From positions 1 to 33,496 of the forward strand of contig NW_021832029.1 in the NCBI RefSeq assembly GCF_006345805.1: DNA of 33,496 bases. The letters are read 5' to 3'. Below are positions 23,831-33,496 of the stretch, piece after piece. The stretch's first letter is position 1; the number at the start of each line of letters is the position of its first letter. Both the position numbers and the translations under genes were made by a program. Under the pieces are notes generated by a model, which searched no databases, was not told the origin of the DNA, and saw only the letters and a program-made list of their open reading frames with translations. The DNA is from Octopus sinensis. Its lineage: Eukaryota.

Positions 23831-24506
23831 TATATATACGTATGTTTGTGTGTGTGTGCGTGTGTGTCAGTGTATGTTTGTGTAAGTCGTTTCATTTAAG
23901 TTTTGCTTTATAGTTTCACTATATAAATATCCGTCTCATAAACAAGGCTTTAACAATGCAAATTTGAAGATTTAAAAATTATCGGTATTGAAAATAACAA
24001 CTAGAATCCGCCATTTTGATGTTAAAATACGAAATACCAGTAAACTGTAAACTAAGGTAATAACGATTTACGAAACTTTCCTTCTAAAATGCTTTCCATT
24101 TCCTTAAGGGGATTTTCACAACTTAAAAGATGTGGAACACCGAGAACCAACGCTGGAATATCAGCTTTCACCATTGAACCTTATCTATTATAATGTTAGC
24201 AGCCTGAGTAATTCTAATGTTGTTTTATTGGTTCTAACGTAATAAGATCTTCGGCAACTTGGGTATAAAGGTCATTCGCAAAAGGCCCACCAAAGGTAGA
24301 AGGGTCCAATTCTTATTTCATATTATAAAGAGTTATCGGTGATATTATTGGCCTTCGAAGGGGTATTTTTAATCAACATTAATCTCTATGGACTTTAATT
24401 GCGACTAGGCATATCTGTGCTCTTGCAATCTACAAATTGAGACCAGCCCGACAAGACTATGCATATATTTGTGTATATGTTCATACACACACGCGTGTGC
24501 GCGCAA

Positions 24507-24562
<56 letters not shown>

Positions 24563-25307
24563 CTTAGTGGTAAGACCATAGCGTATCTACTTCTAACATA
24601 AGGGTTGTCCACGTTGTGGTCATCCCTCATATATATATGGATGTAATATAATTTTCTGAACCTTCACATTTTAATATGCTAGACCGCTGGTTTTAAATTG
24701 ATATTAATGAAATTAATATTCAATTTTTCACCCTTATTTTAAATATATATATATATATGGAAAAAAAGCGGGGGGGGGGGCAAGATAGTAAATTTTCTTT
24801 TCTTTTAAAATAATTTTATAAAAAACATTTCAGTATCGGTTTCAGTCATTGAGACTTTTTCAACTGTAACAATTAAACAATTAAATTTAGAAAAATTAAA
24901 AGAAAAGTTTTTTCAAAATAATATTTGTATAGTGTTCAAATACAATGTCATTTTCCTTGTTTCTTCCTGTCTCTGTCACTCTTGTTATATATATATATAT
25001 TATATATATATATATATTATATATATATAGACGATAAGAAATTGGAGGAAAAACAACAATTGAGAAGAGTGTCTTTGGTGCAAAAAAGCCATTATTTAAT
25101 TAGTTCAGCAAGGTAAGGGCAAAGTGAGTTTGCAACTGTTTCTGTGAACCACGTTGAGGTAAATATGTATTTACCACGTTGCAAATGGCAGTCGTCATCA
25201 GAACGAAGAAGGGAGAGATAGACAAAGTGGAGAATAGAAGGAGACAGAAGAGAAGCCGGAAAAATCTATCCCTTAGAGGATTTAAACACCTCTAACATAT
25301 TTAAACA

Positions 25308-25371
<64 letters not shown>

Positions 25372-25714
25372 CCATAGATAAATGCATGGATAGATAAAAA
25401 GATACATACATATATTTATCTATAATGATGTGTATATATGTATGTAAATAAATATACGTAGAGATATGTGTATACACATATATGAATATATTTAAGCTAA
25501 ACAATCTCCCTTAAATAATGTAGTAATATACATTGTCACTCAATTTCTTCCGCACTGTGTCGCTTTTTGTCTTAATAAACCAGTTTTCGTACAATAACAA
25601 ATAATTTATAACCCTATAAATAAGTGATATATAATATATACACCTTCTGACAATAAAATAAGGCTTCCATGTCAATTTCTATGTTCAGAAGAGAAAGAAA
25701 CTCTACATTGAGAC

Positions 25715-25715
25715 T

Positions 25716-25746
<31 letters not shown>

Positions 25747-25818
25747 CCATCACGTCATCATCATCATCATCAACGTCATCATCACCATCACCATCACCAC
25801 CAGCATCATCACCACTAC

Positions 25819-25868
<50 letters not shown>

Positions 25869-26022
25869 ACATCACCATCACCACCACATCATCATCATCA
25901 TCAACGTCATCATCACCATCACCATCACCACCAGCATCATCACCACTACCATCATCATCATCATCATCACTACCACCACCACCATCACCATCACCATTAT
26001 CATCATCACCATCATCACCACT

Positions 26023-26059
<37 letters not shown>

Positions 26060-26098
26060 TCTTCTTCTTCTTCTTCGTTGTCGTCGTCATCATCATCA
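25715..26098. repeat. (CAT/CAC)n trinucleotide tract
   Basis: Directly visible; contains an internal duplicated variant block (CAACGTC at 25771 and 25902). Confidence 0.95.
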
Positions 26099-26330
26099 TG
26101 GAAGTCGTGTTTCCCATGCTGGCATGGGTTGTGTAGCTTGACAGGAGCCGGTAAACAGGAGAACTGCACAAGGCCCTATTTTCTGCATTGCTATGGTCCC
26201 TACGGCTGGTCGCTCTTCCTAGTTCCAAAATCTTTACAGAGTCTAACTGGGTGCTTTTCTTTTATGTGACACTGGATCTGGTGCCCTTTACGTGTAACAT
26301 GGACACCAGAGGCGTCGCCAAGTAACTTGC
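26099..26330 (-). mobile_element. Degenerate Nin-domain-like SINE whose (ATG)n tail forms the adjacent tract
   Basis: Reverse complement TAGGAAGAGCGACCAGCCGTAG resembles the Nin-domain AGGAAGGGCATCCAGCCGTA; terminal CCCATGCCAGCATGGGAAAC then (ATG)n. Confidence 0.45.
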
Positions 26331-26664
26331 CAGACGAAGGCTTCTCAGCTAGGAACAGGAGTGGGACCGTTGGAAGCGACTTTGGACTAAGTAAAAAGTT
26401 AGGGCTATGATAGGGAGATGAGGAGATACTTGGCTACCCCAGTGGGAAAAGAGAGGAGAAAAGAAAAGAGATAGAGATTTAAAGAGAAAGATAGAGAGAC
26501 AGTCAGAATGAGAGTAAGTGAGAGATAGTCAGAGAGAGAGAGAGAGAAATAGATGGGTTCGGAGATATACAGACGGGATGAAGGGGAATGTTCCTTCAGA
26601 GTTACATTTTGTGCAGTTTGACACTTTCAAAATAAAACTAATAACTTTTTCAATGGCGTATTAC

Positions 26665-26870
26665 AGGCACAAGGCCTGAAATTTGAGTGGGGACGGGTGT
26701 TAGTCGATAACACCGACCTCAGTTCTTGATTGGTACTTTATTCTGTCGACTACGAAAGGACGAAACCACAGTAAACCTCAGTAGCATTTGAAATCAGATC
26801 GTAAAGCCGGAAGAAATGTCATTAAGCACTTTGTCCGGTCTGCTAACGGTTCTGGCAGCACTGCGCCTTA
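26665..26870 (-). mobile_element. Meta-domain-type SINE (diverged); further fragments at about 26882-27010 (-) and 27190-27300 (+)
   Basis: Same head (TAAGGCG) and tail (TTTCAGGCCTTGTGCCT) as 6459-6851. Confidence 0.75.
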
Positions 26871-27084
26871 ATGATAATTAAGATCTGAAATTTTAGGGTA
26901 GATAGTTAATCGATTATATCGACGCCAGTACTTGATTTTATCGATCACGAATGAATGATAGACAGAGTTGATCCAGATGGCATTTGGTCTTTGCACGTAA
27001 CACCGGAAGAAAGGTTACTGTTTTATTTACATTAATTATATTCTTTACATTTGATGGATATTTGTCCTCATCTTGTTTGTTGTT

Positions 27085-27125
27085 AACACAACGTTTTGGC
27101 TGATATACCCTTCAGCCTTCATCAG
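27085..27125 (-). ncRNA. Degenerate minimal hammerhead motif (G12A, stem I 5' strand missing)
   Basis: CTGATGA-A-GGCTG AAGGGTATAT CAGCC-AAAAC-GT-T-GTGTT: 5-bp stem II, ACGT palindrome. Confidence 0.55.
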
Positions 27126-28909
27126 CTTACTGTTTTGTTCAACGTGTTAAAGATTTTGCCAGTTTGCCGTCTTTGAAAAATAATGCTATTATTCTGGGGC
27201 TCGGCGCTTCAATTTCAAATCCTGCCGACGTCGACATTTATCTTTCGGTTACATAAATTACCTGTCAGATATATTGCACTGGGGAGCGAAACTTGTCAGT
27301 AATTCGCTTCTTTTTCCCTTTTTTGAACTCAAATCTGTCGAGCCGTGGAAATGGTCATAGGGAAGCAATCATCGATTCTTTCACAGAAATGAGTTAAACT
27401 TGAGTGAGTGGTTGATAAACTCTTATAGAAATACTATTATGCTATAGGAACCGTAACCATTGACGGATTGATATGCAGGCCATAACGAGAATGAGTCCAT
27501 CATGTTTGCTGATTTAGATCCCAGCACTATTTTTTTCTTGTTAACACCGCTATATTGAATAGTATCATGTGAAAGTGTCGAAATCGTGATGACATTTAGA
27601 TTATAACTGATGAAGGGTTGAGCATTTCCTTCTTACTCGATGCATTAACTGCCAAATTGTTCTATTCATATTTTTTGGCTTTGCCTGGAGTCTTAAGAGT
27701 TAAAATAATATATAGTATTTAAATGTTCTTCATATTTGAATTAGTTTGGAAATTATAATTTTTTCGAAAAGTCCCAAATAAAAAGTCGCCCCCTGAAATA
27801 AAGTATATTTATTCTTTTCTATCCAACTGCAATAATAAACATTTTATTTATTTATTTATTTATTTTTGATACAGTCGTTCAAATGCGAATGTATATGATA
27901 TATCAATGAATGATTTAGTTAAGAAATGCAAAACAGAAAAAAAAGAAGGTTTTCAAAACAGTCAATATTTTTGTAGTTCAAAAATTGCGATTTGTGACAT
28001 AAAATGTCCTCTAGAATTAGCCAGAGTTAATGAGAAACTTGAATTACTAAATATTTTTAAACATACGTCTGCAAATGCAATGTCTATAAGCAATTCACTT
28101 TAAATACCACGAACACCCGGTACTGAGACTGTTTTTAGAAGATCCCCAAATGGGGCTCATGGCAAGCAATGGGTTAAGAGTGTCTTTTTCTGTATTTCTG
28201 TATGCTCCTTTGTCGTAACTCTGTACCGTGAGTTCTATCAAGATAGAAAGAATATGGATAACATGCCGAAGTTTCTATTGAAAATATTAGAAGAAACACC
28301 GTTATTTCTATCTCAATAATTGTTCCCATGGAAAATGTATTTTTTGATAGAGAGTACGTCAATATGCATGTTCCCTAATATAGCTCTCTGCTACATATAA
28401 GTAACGAACGCATTTTGCTGTCTATATATCATATATATATGATGTTCTCTCTAGTTCTCTATAGTTTCCTTATTCGATATATAAACCTCTAATGCATTCA
28501 TCTTTATTTCCAATCGGGCAGCTTCCCAGGAAACACATATTCTTTCGACTAGACGCACGTATATTTTCCATATCTTTTTTTTCCTATGAAGAGCAGAATG
28601 GGCAAGTAGATTCATAAAGAGAAACCTGAATGAATTAGTTAAATGACCAGCTTTATTCTCCTTGGAATATATCTAATAATATCTGTATAATATTCACTTA
28701 ATGCCCCTTAATGCCATTAAGTGTAAAAATAAGCTTGTTTTTCAGGGTTTTTTTTCTTCTAAGGGTTTTAAAGCTACCGTGCGTATGAAGCAGTCAATAT
28801 AAGAACATATATCTGTATGTCTGTATGTTAGTTTGTGCCAATGTGCATGTATGCAGGAATATATGTGTGTGTGCGCTCGCGTGTGTGTGTGAGTGAGTGA
28901 ATGTGAATG

Positions 28910-29070
<161 letters not shown>

Positions 29071-29435
29071 TGATATACGTATGTATGTTTGTATTCTATA
29101 CAGAAAATGCATATATGAACGTATAAGTGTATTTGTATGTTTTATATATATATATATATACATCAGTTTTTTATATATATGTTTGTGTTAATGTATGTAT
29201 ATTATATGCTGTAAATCAATCGATCTTCATAGATATTCTCTTTGCACTCCATTTTGCCTTCTTCTCCTTCTGTGTACAGAATAAGCACCAACGAAGACAT
29301 ATACTGGCAGGAACTTGTTTTACTAAATCTCGGAGGATGGACTGCTTAGTTCATTCTCACAAAACGGAATTCACCTTGGAAATGTGTATGTGTGTGTGTT
29401 TGTATGTATGTGCCCCCGCGCGCGCGGATGTGTGT

Positions 29436-29610
29436 AGTTAAAATGTATTGGAAAACAAAAGTCGAAGACAGGTGTAGGAGCAACAAACAAGTGTGTTAAG
29501 TTGACGCTCGGGAAAAATGGGAAAGTCTTTTACGTTTCGTGCCAACACCCTTTGACAGAAAGGAATAAGAGAAAATAAACAAAGAGAGAATGAAAAAAAC
29601 GTTTTGAGTT
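29436..29610 (-). mobile_element. Hammerhead-bearing element, CUGUCGA family, copy 3 (decayed)
   Basis: CCTTT-CTGTCAA-A-GGGT GTTG GCAC-GAAAC-GT-A-AAAGAC at 29526-29563. Confidence 0.75.
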
Positions 29611-29807
29611 CCGTGGATCAACATTGTTGTTGCTATTGTTGTGTTTGTCCCCCTATTACTCGTCATCCATGATTGAGTAAATATATGAAAAAGCAGTACT
29701 CCAGCCAGAACCAAATAGTGTTTTCAGCTGTCTCTGCAGATGGACCATATCAAACGTGTTCCTATGGTACTCGTGGCAACAATGAATGATCTAAAGACAT
29801 TTTTGTT

Positions 29808-29952
29808 GGAGTGGCGGTATTCCTTCCCAACCACATGGTTCTGGGTTCCGTCCCACTGCTTGGCACTTTGGCCAAGTGTCTTCTGCTCAAGGCTCTCCCG
29901 GACCAAAGCCTTGTCAGTGGCTTTGGTAGACAGAAATTTAAAGCAGCCTGTC

Positions 29953-30014
<62 letters not shown>

Positions 30015-30172
30015 GTATGTTGTGTGTGTGAGCGTGAGTTTGTGTGTGTGTGTGTTTGTGTGTGTTTGTAACATATTTCAAAGTCTAGAAGACAAAGCTT
30101 TGCTTATGCCTAAACACTGCTTGGTGCGAATATTCCGTTATGTGTGTGTGCGTGCTTGTGTGTGTGTGTGTG

Positions 30173-30215
<43 letters not shown>

Positions 30216-30432
30216 CGTGAGTGTTTGTGTGTCTTTATGTTTGTGTTTGTCCCCCTATTACCGCTTGAAAACCGGTGTTCGTGTGTCTCCGTCCTCACAA
30301 CATAGCGGTTCGGCAAAAGTGACCGATAGGATTAGTACTAAGCTTGAGAAATAAGCCTTAGGATCGATTTGTTCAATTTATGCCTCAGCATGGCTACAGT
30401 CAGATGACTGATACAAATAAGAGCATAAAAGA
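29808..30432 (+). mobile_element. Diverged CORE-type (OR2-like) SINE with expanded internal (TG)n
   Basis: Head, CORE and tail colinear with 11569; internal tract about 290 bp including a roughly 70-bp non-repetitive insert. Confidence 0.8.
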
Positions 30433-30524
30433 ATTTTTCACATCGAACGTCATAATATCGCTTTGTAAGAAGATATTAACGACAACGAAAATAGGAAACG
30501 AATATATATATACATATATATATA

Positions 30525-30556
30525 CTAGCTGAAGGTGACCCGCTCTACGCGAGGGT
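30525..30556 (-). mobile_element. Helitron 3' terminus (hairpin plus CTAG); element body extends rightwards, end undefined
   Basis: Minus strand ACCC TCGCGTAGAGC GGGT-CACCTTCAG-CTAG|T. Confidence 0.65.
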
Positions 30557-31322
30557 AAGAGTGTGGTTGTTGCTTTCTGTTGCTTCCATTCTGTTTTTTA
30601 TCACCACATTCTCCCTCTTTGTTTCTCTCTCCTTTCTCTCTCACTTTCCCACTCTCTTACTCTTCCTTTCTCTCGGACTCTCCCTCGCTTTCGCTTACTC
30701 TCTTTCTTTCTCTATCTATCTCTTTCCCATTTATAAACAACAAAAATCTTGAGAAAGTAAAATATTTTGAAAGATCAATCATAAATATCAGGCAGTGACA
30801 ACGGAAAGGTCTGCTTCAAGGCAGACAGCAAAACACTAACATTTAAAAGGGACAGACGAACTTGCGAGCTGAATAAAAATTTTTAAAATATTGGAAACCA
30901 AAGTTTGAAGGGATAGAATCTGAGGATAGTAGAGTCACCATGGCTGGCATTTCTTAAAGACGGACAGCAACGTAATGGCAGTTTAACGGCTGGGGTAAAA
31001 TTTTGAACTCCATGTAGAAGAAAATACCTAAACACCAAGTTTTGAAGTGATTCTTTCTCACGACAGTAGACTCACCCGCTCCTTTAAATTTTAATCCCCC
31101 TCCAGCCCCATTTAGACCCCTTTTCACATTTTGGTTAATATAACCCGATTTCATTCAGGTCTACTCGGGCCACATTTTATAAAATGAGGAATTTTGTCCT
31201 AGAGGTCACGCCTTTCATTTGAGGAAAAAAATAGTTGCCATGCAAACTCGCCAGCACTTTTAACATAGGTGTTAACCAACCACATAATGCACACATTATA
31301 TATATATATTATTTTTTTTTTA

Positions 31323-31371
31323 TTTTATCTAGTTTCAGCTCACGAGCTGTGGCCATGCTGGGGCACCGCCA
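31323..31371 (-). mobile_element. 49-bp retroposon 3'-tail unit, second copy
   Basis: See 20613-20661. Confidence 0.8.
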
Positions 31372-31406
31372 TATATAATATATATATATATTTATTTTAT
31401 AGAAGG

Positions 31407-31457
31407 AGCTTCTCCAGGACTAGAAACTGTTTCATTCAATGAAATCTTCAGGAAGCT
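31407..31457 (-). ncRNA. Type I hammerhead-like motif (long stem III family) with mutated cleavage triplet
   Basis: AGCTTC-CTGAAGA-T TTC ATT GAA T-GAAACAG tttctagtc CTG-G-A-GAAGCT: perfect 6-bp stem I; U16.1 is G here but U in the 3872 copy. Confidence 0.65.
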
Positions 31458-32220
31458 GGCTGTCAAAAAAAATCAAATATATTATATATATATATATATA
31501 TTATATGCATTATATATATGTGTGTGTGGTGTGTACGCATTATATATGCAAATGTATACAAATTATATATATATATATATCACACACCCACACACACACA
31601 TATAAATTAACCCAATAAATATCTGATTCATAATATTTGTTCTCATGATTGTGTGGTGGTGGTGGTTGTGGCGATAATAAAACTCTCTATGAATACAGAC
31701 AGACATACAGAGAGAGGGAGAAAGAGAGGGAGGCGGTAGGGGAAAGAGGGACAGTGCTGGCGAAGGCAGCGGGGGGGGGGAAGATAGTAGTATCTGTCAA
31801 ACGTCGTTATAGAGAGAAAGTGATGGGAAGGAAGGAAACAGAGAGAGACGGAGGAAGACATGCAGATAAGAGAAAGGGAGAAGACTTGTCAAAGTGTGTG
31901 TTTTTTGCCCTAGTAACCACACCTTTTAAGATAGGGATTTCTAACCTAGCCCACTTGCATCCCCACCTCATTTTACATGTTCCTGTAAATTTTGGAGTCA
32001 ATTCGACGGGATCTAATGGCCTTTAACCCGTTCCAATGCCAAAACCAGACAAACTTTTCGCATTTCAGATTTATAGCTATTGATATATATATGTGTGTTT
32101 GTGTGTGTGTGTGTGTTTGTGTGTGTGTCTGTCTGTCTGTCTGTCTGTCTGTGTGGTGTGTGCGTGTGTGTGTGTATATTTGTATGTGTGTGTATGTTTG
32201 TGTGTGTGTGTGTGTTTATG

Positions 32221-32545
32221 TTTACTTTTGCTTCTTTCAGTCACTTGACTGCGGTCATGCTGGGGCACCGCCTTTAGTTGAACAAATTGGCCTCAAGACT
32301 TATTCTTTGTAGGCCTAGTATTTATCCTATCGGTCTCTCTTACCGAACCGCCAAGTGAACAGGGACGTAGACACACCAAATTCAGGTGAGGGGGCACACA
32401 CAGACACAAATTACAAATACATGTACATATATATATATATATATATGGTGGGCTTCTTTCAGTTTCCATCTACCACATCCACTCACAAGGCTTTGGTCGG
32501 CTCGAGGTTATAGCAGAAGACACTTGACCAAGGTGCCACGCATGT
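32221..32545 (-). mobile_element. CORE-type (OR2-like) SINE lacking tRNA head
   Basis: Reverse complement TGCGTGGCACCTTGGTCAAGTGTCTTCTGCTATAACCTCGAGCCGACCAAAGCC... through tail GGCGGTGCCCCAGCATGACC. Confidence 0.85.
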
Positions 32546-32643
32546 GATGGTGAGCCTAGCCTCACATATATATATATATATATATTATATATATACATAC
32601 ATATATATATATACATACATTATATATATATATAATATATATA

Positions 32644-32676
<33 letters not shown>

Positions 32677-33496
32677 CACCAACACACATTTCCGAATGTG
32701 TATTTTAAATCTCTTGATCTTTAATGGAGATACGCCACAGGATTCCTCAAAGACTTGCTCTTGACCATACAAACAACTGAATGATGAATAAATGTATGCA
32801 TCGAGTACTGTGTTAATGCGTTGATAATACTGCAATCTTCCTGACACCATAGGCTTTCTTTTTCCTAGGCCAACCAAGGAACCCCCAAAATCGCGAGTTC
32901 TCCTACTCACCAAGAAGCCAGTGTTGCGCTATCCTATCTGGTTTCATCCTCTACAGGTGCGTGGTGAGTTTAGGACGCTTCGTTTGTCCCATTCTCGCTA
33001 CATTCACTCAGCTTCTGAAGAATTCTCTGCGGTCTCGGGATGCATCCCCACTCAGCCCTGATTTCTCTATCCATGTTGAAGTTGAAAAACTTTGATATGT
33101 CCGTAATAATAAATAAATTTTCATCAGTTCTTAACCAGAGCCTCTAAACGAAATAAATCGACCACTTTCTCATATTAAATATAATCAAAACATGTTTTTT
33201 TCTCTGTTCCAAATTTTATTCCAACATACATTTAACTAAACTTCTTCTATTCTTTCGTTTCCCCGCTTTCTTTTTGTCCCATTTATTTTCCTTTCCATTA
33301 TCTTCTATATTTCCTCGTATTTTATTGCTTCAATTTTATTTTTACTGGTATTTATTGTTTCTTAACCACAATCTTTCTTCTTTTATTCTTCTGATGTTTT
33401 CCGGTTCGTTTCATTTAGAAATGCTTTTTATTTCATCTTACTGTTATATTATTTTTCATTGTTCTCATCCACCTGCCAGTCTATCTACCTATCTCC

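Noticed and set aside
25165-25205. CTGATGA...GCAAC-GT on the minus strand as another hammerhead
   Set aside because: GAAAC is mutated, and neither stem II nor stem I pairs.
25669-26228. His-rich, Asp/Gly-rich and Met-rich ORFs
   Set aside because: Pure (CAT)n expansion with a frameshift, adjacent to a SINE tail; no coding support.
9232-27640. Isolated CTGATGA/CTGAAGA heptamers (for example 9234, 5642, 10425 minus, 27608)
   Set aside because: No properly spaced GAAA or stems; expected by chance.
33008-33143. Resemblance of LRTDENLFII to the galactosyltransferase KTDDDxF motif
   Set aside because: DxD is absent and downstream family motifs are missing; too weak to name.

Overview
AT-rich, microsatellite-saturated eukaryotic DNA. 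The SINE families and repeat style point to an octopus/coleoid cephalopod genome (inference). No host protein-coding gene could be supported, and almost every listed ORF is a translation of (TA)n/(TG)n/(TACA)n/(GATA)n/(CAT)n repeats. The non-microsatellite sequence is mostly a transposon graveyard: tRNA-derived SINEs of about four families, two CR1/L2-type LINE 3' ends, an RTE LINE 3' end, a Helitron helicase remnant plus non-autonomous Helitron ends, and decayed Penelope-like (PLE) reverse transcriptase and probable GIY-YIG remnants. The most notable signal is seven type I hammerhead-ribozyme-like motifs (CUGANGA...GAAAC-GUH) in at least four short repeat families. Most have their 3' ends against a (TA)n tract, one family carries a shared non-canonical core (CUGUCGA), and some sit in inverted (fold-back) arrangements. 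This fits a PLE-driven, microsatellite-targeting system of ribozyme-bearing non-autonomous elements. All alignments and folds were done by eye; no database searches were run. Irregular (TA)n tracts suggest long-read indel errors, so perfect fold-backs need independent validation.
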